Source: Chlamydiota bacterium (GTDB lineage: Bacteria > Chlamydiota > Chlamydiia > Chlamydiales > SM23-39). From it: DNA of 33,062 nt. Shown here piece by piece: positions 7,460 through 16,166 of this stretch (its first letter is position 1; every line of letters starts with the position of its first letter). The stretch lies in assembly GCA_021772165.1 (NCBI GenBank), contig JAJFMM010000149.1:1-33062 (forward strand). The letters run 5' to 3'. The translations under genes and the position numbers were made by a program. The notes under the pieces were generated by a model, which saw only the letters and a list, made by a program, of their open reading frames with translations, did not search any database and had not been told where the DNA came from.

Positions 7460-8779
7460 ATGCGCTCCCACAGATTTAAACACCCCAAAGAGCTCTATGT
7501 TCTGGCACTCTCGGAACTTTGCGAGAGATTTGCTTTCTGGGGAGTTGGCTTCATGCTGGTTCTCTATCTCGTAGGATATTACCAATTTGAAGATGCAAAG
7601 GCTACTTCGATTTATGGTATTTTTACCGGCTGCGCTACTTTTCTTCCTCTCATCGGTGGATTTGTCGCTGATCGCTGGAACTACCAGGCCCCTCTTTTGC
7701 TAGGCGCTCTCATCAACGCCTGCGGCTGCTTCATGCTCGCCATCGGCTCCTATTCCCTGCTCGTCCCTTCACTAGCTATCATCGCCTGCGGCTATGGCCT
7801 TTTCACTCCTAGCATCCTGACCATTTTAGGCCACACGTACCGCAATAAACCGGAACTGCGCGAGGCGGGCTTTTCTATCTACTATGCTTCCATCAATGTG
7901 GGTGTTTTCCTGGCGCTGATCTCTCTTGGCTTCATCGCTCAGGAATATAGCTGGAATGCCGCGTTTGCAACAGCCGGTGTTGTGCAGATCATCGGTCTTC
8001 TGCCAATTCTCTGGTATCTCTCCAAGCATAAAGACACAAATCTGGAGTTGAAGAAGATCCAAAAAGAGAGACGTGTAGATAAGAAATCTCTCACGAAAAT
8101 CGAGAAGGAGCGCGTAGGTGTTATTTTAGCCTTAAGTCTTTTCTCCATCGTCTTCTGGATCGCTTACAACCAGGCTTTCTCTTCCATGTCGCTCTTTTCA
8201 AAGAACTACACCGATCGTTTCTTCTTCGGCTGGGAAGTGCCGCCGAGCTGGATCCTGTCGAGTGAAGCGTTCTTTCTCATTCTTCTCGCTCCAATTTTAG
8301 CGATTCTCTATGCCTATCTGCAAAAAAAGAAGCTCGATCCCTCCCCTTCCATGAAGACAGCGCTCAGTCTTTTTGTGATGGCTGCGAGTTTCGGCGTGAT
8401 GATGCTAGGATCCTCTGCGATTCCAATGTTCGCTAGATCGGCTTCCATCAACCCAGGCTTTCCAATCTTTGCGTTCTTGCTCATGGCGATCGCTGAGATG
8501 CTCTTGGCTCCGATCGGTCTCTCTATAGTGACCAAGCTCTCCCCTCGCCACCTGACAGCCTTTTTCGTAGGCTTCTGGTACCTCTGCGTAGGCATTGCCT
8601 TCTACATCGGTGGTGTTCTGGCTGGTTTGATGGAGAAGCTCGCAAAGCTCGAGGATTTCTTCGGGATCTTTGTGATCCTTACAGTGATTCCTGCTCTGGT
8701 ACTCTTTTTCCTCGCGAAGAAGTTCACAAAAATGTCTCATGCAAATGTGAAAGTCCCGCCTGTCGAGCCGGGGTTATAA
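7460..8779 (+). CDS. Proton-dependent oligopeptide transporter (POT/PTR2 family, DtpT-like)
   Basis: An AGGAGG RBS lies 5 nt upstream of the ATG. It carries the PTR2 signatures ELCERFAFWGVGFMLVLYL and GGFVADRW, and about 12 hydrophobic segments. Confidence 0.85.
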   Translation: MRSHRFKHPKELYVLALSELCERFAFWGVGFMLVLYLVGYYQFEDAKATSIYGIFTGCATFLPLIGGFVADRWNYQAPLLLGALINACGCFMLAIGSYSLLVPSLAIIACGYGLFTPSILTILGHTYRNKPELREAGFSIYYASINVGVFLALISLGFIAQEYSWNAAFATAGVVQIIGLLPILWYLSKHKDTNLELKKIQKERRVDKKSLTKIEKERVGVILALSLFSIVFWIAYNQAFSSMSLFSKNYTDRFFFGWEVPPSWILSSEAFFLILLAPILAILYAYLQKKKLDPSPSMKTALSLFVMAASFGVMMLGSSAIPMFARSASINPGFPIFAFLLMAIAEMLLAPIGLSIVTKLSPRHLTAFFVGFWYLCVGIAFYIGGVLAGLMEKLAKLEDFFGIFVILTVIPALVLFFLAKKFTKMSHANVKVPPVEPGL

Positions 8780-9601
8780 GTGTGTCGAGATATCTGTGGG
8801 TAGCGGCGCTTCAAAGAGGAGCTGTCTGCCCTTCCATGAAAACTGCAGGCGGCTCGCATGCAGGAGTGGTCTTGCTGCAATGAGGCTGGAGCGGAAATGC
8901 GAGGCATACTGCCGGTCGATTAGAATGGGGTGGCCCATCTCTGAGAGATGCACGCGTATCTGGTGTGTGCGTCCTGTCTTAGGCTTGATTGAGAGAAGGG
9001 ACGCTTGTGTGCTCAGCGCAGTGCGCAGCTCCCAGGAACTTTCCGCATAGAGTCCGGTACCTACTGGATTCGATCCCCAGATCGTCTGTCCCTCAAAGCT
9101 GCTTTTTTTGATGAAGTGGCTGCGGATGATGCCTGAGCTTTTCTTAGGAATGCCGTCGACGAGAGCGAGGTACTCTTTTTCAACAGCTCTCTCTTCAAAC
9201 AGGTTTTGCAGCTCTTTGGCAACAGCGGGGCTCTTGCCAAAGAGAAGTACGCCTGTCGTGTCTTTATCGAGTCTGTGCGCCAGCCAGACGCGCTTTTTTA
9301 ACGCCTTTTGAAAGAAGGCATCGCTGCAAACAGAGCGGACTGGCTTATTGAGAACGAGGAGCTCTTCATCTTCAAAGAGTGTGGTATAGATCGGTTTGTC
9401 TTGGGCAATGGCTGCCCATTCGATCAGATCGCCCTTTTCTAGCTGCGCAGACGCAAAGCGCTCGACGCGGCCATTAACGCGGCAGCCGTTAGATTCTAGA
9501 GAGCGTTTGAGTGCACGTGCAGAACCAGACGGATCGATGCGCTCTTTAAGCGCATCGATCAGTCGGGATCTTCGAGAAAGACGCCAGGACAATTTGGTCA
9601 T
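8774..9601 (-). CDS. RluA-family 23S rRNA pseudouridine synthase with an N-terminal S4 domain (RluC/RluD-like)
   Basis: The catalytic motif HRLDKDTTGVLLF is present, with an S4-like segment CRVNGRVERFASAQLEKGDLIE. I place the start at ATG 9601-9599, which forms an ATGA overlap with the pepA stop (9600-9598). The longer ORF to 9721 lies inside pepA. Confidence 0.85.
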   Translation of the reverse strand: MTKLSWRLSRRSRLIDALKERIDPSGSARALKRSLESNGCRVNGRVERFASAQLEKGDLIEWAAIAQDKPIYTTLFEDEELLVLNKPVRSVCSDAFFQKALKKRVWLAHRLDKDTTGVLLFGKSPAVAKELQNLFEERAVEKEYLALVDGIPKKSSGIIRSHFIKKSSFEGQTIWGSNPVGTGLYAESSWELRTALSTQASLLSIKPKTGRTHQIRVHLSEMGHPILIDRQYASHFRSSLIAARPLLHASRLQFSWKGRQLLFEAPLPTDISTHL

Positions 9602-11073
9602 TTCTGGCGGCGTTCGAGAAAATCGACGAGAAGGCGAAGACCAAAGCCGGTCGCCTTCGTGGTGTTGTAGTGTTTGTTTTTTTTGCGATAGCAGGTTCCT
9701 GCGATATCGAGGTGTGCCCAAGGCACTGATCCGGCAAACTCCTGCAAAAAGAGCGCGGCTGTAATCGAAGAGGCTGTTCTTCCTGCGGAATTGACCATGT
9801 CGGCCACATCCGATTTCAGCATCTCTTTGTATTCAACAGGTATCGGCATGCGCCAAAGCGCCTCTGTCACTGCATCTGATGCTGTCATGAGATCGCCTGC
9901 TAAGGCATCATTGTTACAGAAAAGCCCCGAAATCTCTTCGCCCAGCGCAATGACAATGGCGCCGGTTAGCGTCGCTACGTCGATCATCGCTGTCGGCTTC
10001 AGATGCTCTACGGCATAAGCTAACCCATCGGCTAAAACGAGTCTGCCTTCTGCATCGGTATTGGTGATCTCAACTGTTTTGCCGTTCATCGCTCGATACA
10101 CATCGCCAATTTTGTAGCTGTTTGCATCGATCGAGTTCTCCGATGTCGGCACGACCGCTGTTACATTGACCTTTAGATTGAGCGCGGCTGCTGTTTGTAC
10201 GGCTCCCAGGACTGTGGCTGCACCGCCCATGTCGCACTTCATATCCAGCATGCCATCTGTGGGCTTCAGGCTTAAGCCTCCCGAATCGTAGGTAATGCCT
10301 TTGCCGACGAGGACAACATGTTCCTCGGACTTAGGGTCACCTTTGTAGGAGAGCACGATGAGGTAAGGTTCTTGAGATGAGCCGCGATTGACAGCTAGGA
10401 GCAGACCCATTTTCTCTTTTTCGAGCTGCTTTCTCTCCAAGAGGGTGAGCTTCAGGCTGCGCGAGCGCTTTTCTAAGCTCTTGGCTGTCTCTGCCAACAT
10501 CTGCGGCGTGACATCATCGGCATTGCCGTTGATCAGCTCACGCACGAGATAGACGCCGCTGGCGATCGTATACCACTTCTTCAGAGCTTCCTCTTCCGAC
10601 TGATCGAGGCCAAGAAAGGTCACCTCTTCTAGCAGCACGCAAGGATTGTCTTTAATCGAATCGCCTTTCAGGTGTGTAAAGGCGTAGTTTGTAAGGAAGA
10701 TTCCCTCTGCAACACCGCGTAAAAGCTCATCCCGCTTCATCTCCGATTTGGGAAACAGCAGGCAGAGGCTCTTCACTTTTTTTGCTTGGGCCATGCGAGC
10801 GGCTGCCGAATAAGCGCGTCTGAGCACTTCGGCATTGACCTTCTCTTTTTTGCCTAAGCCAAGGAGAAGAATCCTTCCCTTTGTGCTGTAGGCAAGTAGC
10901 TTTTCGCCAACTTTGCCTTTAAAGTCGCCACTCGAAAGGGGCGCTTCAATGGAATCTTTCCAAAGAGAGTGATCTGCAGCAGGCTCAGCGCCTTCCCAAA
11001 AAGGAAGAACGAGAAATTCACAGCCGTCGCCGCATTTCGCTAGCTCCGGCTGACAAGTGATTTGCAATGCCAT
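9598..11073 (-). CDS. pepA: Leucyl aminopeptidase (M17 family)
   Basis: The M17 signature NTDAEGRLVLADGLAYA is present, at 491 aa. The ATG lies 3 nt downstream of the ssb stop. Confidence 0.95.
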   Translation of the reverse strand: MALQITCQPELAKCGDGCEFLVLPFWEGAEPAADHSLWKDSIEAPLSSGDFKGKVGEKLLAYSTKGRILLLGLGKKEKVNAEVLRRAYSAAARMAQAKKVKSLCLLFPKSEMKRDELLRGVAEGIFLTNYAFTHLKGDSIKDNPCVLLEEVTFLGLDQSEEEALKKWYTIASGVYLVRELINGNADDVTPQMLAETAKSLEKRSRSLKLTLLERKQLEKEKMGLLLAVNRGSSQEPYLIVLSYKGDPKSEEHVVLVGKGITYDSGGLSLKPTDGMLDMKCDMGGAATVLGAVQTAAALNLKVNVTAVVPTSENSIDANSYKIGDVYRAMNGKTVEITNTDAEGRLVLADGLAYAVEHLKPTAMIDVATLTGAIVIALGEEISGLFCNNDALAGDLMTASDAVTEALWRMPIPVEYKEMLKSDVADMVNSAGRTASSITAALFLQEFAGSVPWAHLDIAGTCYRKKNKHYNTTKATGFGLRLLVDFLERRQK

Positions 11074-11076
11074 AGG

Positions 11077-11592
11077 CTAAAACGGTATCTCGTCGTCGTA
11101 GGTTCCACCGGCGGGCTTTGGTGCCGCTGGAGCTGCTGGAGCTGCGTAAGGGTTGTAACCGCCGCCTGTAGCCGCACCCTGAAAACCTGAAGGAGCTGCG
11201 GCTGGCGCGGCTGGAGCTTCTTGGTGAGAGTACGCCTGAGGACCTGCTTGCGCTTGCGTATCTTGCTGCGCGCGGTCGCTTTTTCCAAATGGGCTAAACT
11301 GAATGTGTGTCGCAGTAATGTTCATGGAAATTTGTGGTTTTCCATCGCGGTCTGTGAAGATCTCCGGCTTTTGCAGATCACCGAAGACAATGACAGCAGA
11401 TCCTTTTTTCAAAAAAGAGATCATCTTATCATATTGTTCGCCCCAGATGGATACTCGCCACCAGATTGTGTCATCAGCATTCGCTTTTCTGACATGTGTT
11501 GCGATACGAAGAGTTGTTACCTTTTTTCCCGATGAAGTAAAGCGTACTTCTGGATCAGCACCTAGGTGCCCAGCAATAGTGATATGGTTCAC
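11077..11592 (-). CDS. ssb: Single-stranded DNA-binding protein
   Basis: OB-fold N-terminus MNHITIAGHLGADPEVRF, a Gly/Pro/Ala-rich linker, and the canonical acidic tip DDEIPF. It uses a GTG start with a GGTGGA RBS. Confidence 0.95.
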   Translation of the reverse strand: MNHITIAGHLGADPEVRFTSSGKKVTTLRIATHVRKANADDTIWWRVSIWGEQYDKMISFLKKGSAVIVFGDLQKPEIFTDRDGKPQISMNITATHIQFSPFGKSDRAQQDTQAQAGPQAYSHQEAPAAPAAAPSGFQGAATGGGYNPYAAPAAPAAPKPAGGTYDDEIPF

Positions 11593-11637
11593 AAATCCAC
11601 CCCATTTCTTTTTTTAAACCATTATCCCCTCTATGGA

Positions 11638-12690
11638 CTATCGGGTCAAGGCGGATTTTTTGGAACGGGCACGAATTAAAAGAAAGATTCCCAATGCGAT
11701 AAAGGGGACGCTGAGCCATTGGCCCGTCACTCCGAAGGAGGCATCCACGAGCCTGCTCTGCTCATCTTTGATGAATTCAACGAAGAATCGGAAGGCAAAG
11801 ACCAGAATTAAAAATAATCCTATTAACCAGCCTTGCGCCTGCAGTCTCTTTGGCTGATAGGAAAAACGCCACAAGAGGAAAAAAACCGCAAAATAGAAGA
11901 GTCCCTCATAGATCTGCACCGGATGGCGAGGGGTGGGATAGCTCCCATCTGCCGGATGACCAAATAAAACGGCCCAAGGCACGTTTGTCGGAGTACCTAA
12001 AATTTCTTGATTCACGAAGTTGCCCAGGCGGATAAAACCTGCGGCAAGAGCCGTTGGAATGGAGACGAAATCGAGGAGGCGCAGCCAGGTCAGTCCTGGA
12101 TCCTGCTGCTTGGACCAGCGAGTAAGGATCCAGATTGCGAGAAGGATGGCCAAGGCAGCACCATGGCTCGCCAGCCCACCTTCTCGAATTCGCAGAAGCT
12201 CCAGAGGATCGCGTAGGTATTCAGAGGGCTTCTCGTAGAAAAGAAAATGGCCGAGCCGCGCTCCGAGCACCGTCGCGACGATCACGTAGATCGTGATCTT
12301 GTCTGTGACTTGTAGTGCTTTTTTCTTTAAATTCTGAACAGAATCGCCCAGCTTCTCTTCCCAGCAGAGTCTCGCAACAGCAGAGTCGGGATCGGGGCAT
12401 CGGCTATGCTTTGCATCTTTTTCGAACTCATCGATTTTCTTTTTTGCGATACCGCTACAAGCCCTTTTCCTATCGAGGACGAGCGTGCGTAGATCCACTT
12501 CACCTAGAATCTCGCTTTTCTCAAATTCAGGATGCTGTAGGAAGTAGCGAAATAAAATGTCCTTGAAAAGAGGAAAGCCGATGGCGAATCCTAGAGCAAA
12601 AAGCAGACCATACCACTTGATTGGCCAGTTCAAGACCGGGATAGTGAATAGGTCTGGGTCAGGATTCCAATAAATCATATGCAACAGCAT
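11638..12690 (-). CDS. lgt: Prolipoprotein diacylglyceryl transferase, carrying an extra loop of about 65-70 aa
   Basis: Lgt motifs are present: GARLGHFLFY, REGGLASHGA, GRLGNFVNQE, PRHPVQIYEG. At 350 aa it is longer than the roughly 290 aa of E. coli. The start could alternatively be the ATG at 12678. Confidence 0.9.
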   Translation of the reverse strand: MLLHMIYWNPDPDLFTIPVLNWPIKWYGLLFALGFAIGFPLFKDILFRYFLQHPEFEKSEILGEVDLRTLVLDRKRACSGIAKKKIDEFEKDAKHSRCPDPDSAVARLCWEEKLGDSVQNLKKKALQVTDKITIYVIVATVLGARLGHFLFYEKPSEYLRDPLELLRIREGGLASHGAALAILLAIWILTRWSKQQDPGLTWLRLLDFVSIPTALAAGFIRLGNFVNQEILGTPTNVPWAVLFGHPADGSYPTPRHPVQIYEGLFYFAVFFLLWRFSYQPKRLQAQGWLIGLFLILVFAFRFFVEFIKDEQSRLVDASFGVTGQWLSVPFIALGIFLLIRARSKKSALTR

Positions 12691-12699
12691 GGGGAAAAA

Positions 12700-13125
12700 A
12701 TGTTAAAAGTCAAAGTGATCACTGTCGGAAAATGCAAAGAATCTTGGCTTCAAGAGGCTCTGGCTGAATATGAGAAGCGCTTACAAAAAACGCTCGAACT
12801 CTCCTGGATTGAGGCAAAGAATGACGCGCAACTCGAAGCTCTTTTGCTGTTAGAGCCTTTTATCGCTCTCGATCCAAAAGGAGAACTGCTAGAGAGTCCT
12901 GCTCTTAGCAAGAAACTGATGCATCTTTTTGAAGAAAAAGGATCCAGGTTAACGTTTGCCATCGGAGGTCCTGACGGATTTACTCCAAAACTTTTGCAAA
13001 AGGCTCTCTGGCGCTGGAGTCTATCCCCCCTGACCTTTACACATCAGGCGACCCGCTTGATTCTCACAGAGCAGCTCTACCGCTCGCTAGAGATTGCAAA
13101 GGGATCGCCCTATCATAAGGAATGA
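12700..13125 (+). CDS. rlmH: 23S rRNA (pseudouridine1915-N3)-methyltransferase, SPOUT family
   Basis: MLKVKVITVGK..., IGGPDG, SLSPLTFTHQATRLILTEQLYR and GSPYH all match RlmH. A GGGGA RBS precedes the ATG at 12700. The track start of 12679 would overlap the lgt start. Confidence 0.85.
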   Translation: MLKVKVITVGKCKESWLQEALAEYEKRLQKTLELSWIEAKNDAQLEALLLLEPFIALDPKGELLESPALSKKLMHLFEEKGSRLTFAIGGPDGFTPKLLQKALWRWSLSPLTFTHQATRLILTEQLYRSLEIAKGSPYHKE

Positions 13126-13128
13126 TTG

Positions 13129-13298
13129 GAGACTGTCGTTGATTTAAGCTTCTGTCGATTTTGAGGTTCTTTTGAGCCGATTTTTGACGTTTTTTGCAGG
13201 GGTAATATCGACAAGGGTATATTACCCCTGCAAAAAACGTTAAAAAGCGGCCAAAATAATCCACAAAATCGACGGAGCCTTAATTCAACGACAGTCTC
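13129..13298. repeat. 170-bp centred imperfect palindrome filling the rlmH / membrane-protein convergent gap; probable bidirectional transcription stop or structured element
   Basis: The arms are 13129-13208 and 13219-13298, symmetric about position 13213.5. By hand count, 68 of 80 positions are complementary without gaps. The inner 22 bp are perfect (13187-13208 acgttttttgcaggggtaatat pairs with 13219-13240), with a 10-nt loop. Confidence 0.9.
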
Positions 13299-13736
13299 TT
13301 AGACCTTATATTTGAAGTAGAGAATCGCACCGCTAATCAGTGCAGATCCGATCGCTACATCGATCGCTCCACGTAAATCGAGAGCAATGGGCAAGAAGTT
13401 CATGGACATGCCCAGCAGCATCATCGATCCGATCAAGATCCAATAGGACGGAGCGTAGATCTTGCCAATAGAAAGGGGCATTGGCAGTGCAGCGATGCGA
13501 CCGGCCACTCTGGTTACCGTCTTTCTCAAAACAAACTGACCTTTTAGAAAGCCTACAAGAAGTCCCGCCGAAATCAAAATGGCAGCGCCTCGCTCTGAGG
13601 TGGCAAAAAATGAGGAGATCCCACTTGGCTCAAAAGCTCCGTAAGAAACGTATTTTAAGCCTTTAAAAAACAGCCAGGTTCCGATTGCAAACCACACAAA
13701 ACCTGTTAATCGAATACAAAAACGGTGAGTAATCAT
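13299..13736 (-). CDS. Small integral membrane protein (145 aa, about 4 TM), function unknown
   Basis: Four hydrophobic segments are visible (FVWFAIGTWLFF, AAILISAGLLVGFL, YWILIGSMMLLGM, AIGSALISGAILYF). ATG start. It ends exactly at the palindrome boundary. Confidence 0.6.
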   Translation of the reverse strand: MITHRFCIRLTGFVWFAIGTWLFFKGLKYVSYGAFEPSGISSFFATSERGAAILISAGLLVGFLKGQFVLRKTVTRVAGRIAALPMPLSIGKIYAPSYWILIGSMMLLGMSMNFLPIALDLRGAIDVAIGSALISGAILYFKYKV

Positions 13737-13860
13737 GGCACGAGAGTCTAGTCATTTAAAATCAATTTTGCAACACAATCGACAAAAAAAAGCTTCCCCT
13801 CTACAATTCGCTCAATGGAAGAACTTCAAGATCTTTTCTAACGTCTAATCATAGGGAAAT

Positions 13861-14943
13861 ATGAACCTCGCACTAGCCTTTACACGTCTATTATTTGTCA
13901 TACTTAGCATCTTTTTCATCACCACTTACATGATTGCCGGATCCGGTGGCTATACGCTCAGCAACCTACTCACAGGTGCAGGAATGGGACTCGTTCTTGG
14001 CCTTGCCCTGATCGGCTTTGACCTTTTATTTAAACGCTTTAATCTCCGCTCTTTCAACATTGCCATCATCGGTATTTTCATCGGCTTTCTGATGGGAGAA
14101 GCTCTAGTGCTTGTTCTCAAGGCGATCCTCGAAATCTCATCTGCTTCGATTCACATGAACCCCAAGGGTTTGGAAATCATCCAAATCGTTCTCTTCCTCT
14201 TCGGTGTCTATCTAGGTACGATCATGACGCTTCGCGCAGCTGATGAAATTTACGTTAGCATCCCTTTTGTGAAATTCAGCCCTCAAGCTCAGAAGAAAAA
14301 AGACCTCGTTCTCGACACCTCTGTCCTCGGTGACGCGCGTATCATCGATCTCGCCTCCTCCGGACTCGTTGACCATCACCTCGTCCTACCTCGCTTCTTG
14401 CTCAAAGAGCTCTATGCACAATCAGAAGTGGGCGATGAGATGGCAAGGAACAAAGCAAGGCGCTCTCTGGAAGTTGTGAAGAAGCTAGAGCATACGCAAG
14501 ATCTAGAAATGCGCTACAACGACACTGACTTTCCTGAAGTGAAAGATCCGATGAGCAAACTGGTGCGCCTCGCACGCCTCCTCGATGCAAACATTTTGAC
14601 AGCGGACATCAGCCGCGTTCAGATTTCTGCGATTGAGGGAATCCGCATCATCAACATTCACTCCCTCTCAAACTCTCTGAAGCCTCTGATGCAGGCGGGT
14701 GAGAAAATCAAGATCAAGATCCAGCGCTACGGGAAAGAGCCTCGTCAAGGCGTCGGTTACTTGGAAGACGGCACAATGGTCGTCGTCAACGGCGGTGGAG
14801 CCTTCATCGGCGAAACGATCGATGCGCTTGTGCTTTCCGTCAAACACACTTCTTCAGGAAGAATGATCTTCTGCAACGCCATGGACGAAGAAGGCGGTAA
14901 CGGCAACACCTATAACGGCTACGACACACAGCATGACGACTGA
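13861..14943 (+). CDS. Membrane-anchored PIN/TRAM-domain protein (YacL-like)
   Basis: An AGGGA RBS is present. There are N-terminal TM helices, a PIN-like core LVLDTSVLGDARIIDLASSG, and a C-terminal TRAM-like beta segment GEKIKIKIQRYGKEPRQGVGYLEDGTMVVVNGG. Confidence 0.8.
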   Translation: MNLALAFTRLLFVILSIFFITTYMIAGSGGYTLSNLLTGAGMGLVLGLALIGFDLLFKRFNLRSFNIAIIGIFIGFLMGEALVLVLKAILEISSASIHMNPKGLEIIQIVLFLFGVYLGTIMTLRAADEIYVSIPFVKFSPQAQKKKDLVLDTSVLGDARIIDLASSGLVDHHLVLPRFLLKELYAQSEVGDEMARNKARRSLEVVKKLEHTQDLEMRYNDTDFPEVKDPMSKLVRLARLLDANILTADISRVQISAIEGIRIINIHSLSNSLKPLMQAGEKIKIKIQRYGKEPRQGVGYLEDGTMVVVNGGGAFIGETIDALVLSVKHTSSGRMIFCNAMDEEGGNGNTYNGYDTQHDD

Positions 14944-15316
14944 TTCAGCCTCTCCTAGAGGGCTTGGAAACGATATCATCGAGATAAAGAGGATGGGCAA
15001 GAGCATTGAGCGCCACGGCTTGCACTTCCTCAATCGTCTTTTCACGCAACGAGAACAGGATTACTGCTACAAGTACCAAGATCCTGTTCCTCATTTTGCG
15101 GGCCGCTTTGCGGCAAAAGAGGCGATCGTCAAGGCGCTCGGCACAGGATTCGGCGCTCATGTCCAGTGGCATGAGATCGAAATCATCAACGATGATCTAG
15201 GCAAGCCCATTGCCACTTTTTCAGAAACTCTTATGAAACGTTTTGATCGGCCGAATATCTTGATTTCCATTAGCCACTGCAATGAATATGCCACTGCAGT
15301 AGCTCTCTGGTTCTAA
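14933..15316 (+). CDS. acpS: Holo-[acyl-carrier-protein] synthase
   Basis: GNDIIEIKR and RFAAKEAIVKALGTG motifs are present, at 127 aa. It overlaps the upstream PIN/TRAM gene by 11 nt. Confidence 0.9.
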   Translation: MTTDSASPRGLGNDIIEIKRMGKSIERHGLHFLNRLFTQREQDYCYKYQDPVPHFAGRFAAKEAIVKALGTGFGAHVQWHEIEIINDDLGKPIATFSETLMKRFDRPNILISISHCNEYATAVALWF

Positions 15317-15350
15317 TGATTTACTTGTTCTCGCGTCATCGCGGTATCTA

Positions 15351-16166
15351 CTAAAAAGAAAATGGAAGCAGATAGCTAACAACAAAAGTATTCATATTCT
15401 GCGGATAAGCTTTAGCCAAAACTCTCCTCATGTATTCAAAGCGAAGTGTACCCCAGACTCCTGTGCGAAAGCCGTAGCGGATACCTAGATCGATCGCTTT
15501 TTGACGAATTTTGGCGTAGCCAAAGAAGTTGAAGGGGTCTAAATGACTACGACGCCCATACCCATTGCTACCGACTGCATAGATAGCCCATCGATGGATA
15601 TCGTTGATATTGGTCTCCCCCATCACAAGGGCTCTCACCCAGGGCGAACCGCGATTACCGTGGCCGACTGCGCCAAATCCCCAGAGCCTCCAGCGCCAGC
15701 TCTCATTAGCATCGAATTCTTTACCCAGAGAAAAATTGAATTCGAAGTCGAGATTCGCATAAGAGGGACAGCTGACGTCGCGCAGAGCTCTAGACGACGT
15801 CACGCGCGTGCTGAATCCCGTGGAAAAGCTGACGGGATCTCCTACGATATCATCACACCAGAGATAGCGTCCTTGCAGAGCAAAGGAGCGGAAATTGAAT
15901 GGCATCTGCGTCGTAGCGGCTACCTGCAGCTCCCCATCGATGCTCCATTCAGGAGAAGGGCAAAATTCCAGCCCTGTATAGACAACGTTTTCATTGAACG
16001 GACTGCTGAGCTGAGGCCTGGCTCCTTGCACCGTATTGAAACGGCTATAAGCATAGCTGCCTAGAAAATGAAATTCGTACACATCGCAAAACCAGGGCTG
16101 CATTTCCAATGCACCACAGAGCGCTGGAAGAGTGACGCCAAAAAGAGTTGCGAGGAGCCGCTTCAT
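15351..16166 (-). CDS. Putative outer-membrane beta-barrel protein (signal peptide, C-terminal Phe)
   Basis: Signal peptide MKRLLATLFGVTLPALCGA. Alternating aromatic/polar beta-strand-like pattern. C-terminal LLPFSF, typical of BamA substrates. Four Cys in the mature part. The ATG immediately follows the trxB TGA (TGAATG), with AAGGA upstream. Confidence 0.6.
   Translation of the reverse strand: MKRLLATLFGVTLPALCGALEMQPWFCDVYEFHFLGSYAYSRFNTVQGARPQLSSPFNENVVYTGLEFCPSPEWSIDGELQVAATTQMPFNFRSFALQGRYLWCDDIVGDPVSFSTGFSTRVTSSRALRDVSCPSYANLDFEFNFSLGKEFDANESWRWRLWGFGAVGHGNRGSPWVRALVMGETNINDIHRWAIYAVGSNGYGRRSHLDPFNFFGYAKIRQKAIDLGIRYGFRTGVWGTLRFEYMRRVLAKAYPQNMNTFVVSYLLPFSF

Noticed and set aside
12679-12700. 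The apparent overlap or near-abutment of the divergent lgt and rlmH start codons as a special regulatory arrangement.
   Set aside because: It depends entirely on start-codon choice. With rlmH at 12700 (which has an RBS) and lgt at 12690 or 12678, the genes are simply closely spaced and divergent. There is not enough evidence for anything unusual.
13255-13263. A DnaA-box-like TAATCCACA inside the 170-bp palindrome, raising the idea of an origin-like element.
   Set aside because: It is a single site with one mismatch to TTATCCACA, is not mirrored on the other arm, and there is no cluster of boxes or AT-rich unwinding element. It is compatible with chance.
15543-16064. A 173-aa plus-strand ORF antisense to the outer-membrane protein gene.
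   Set aside because: The opposite-strand ORF has a signal peptide, a beta-strand pattern, a C-terminal Phe and tight coupling to trxB. The antisense ORF has Arg/Ser/Pro-rich composition typical of shadow frames in GC-richer coding DNA.
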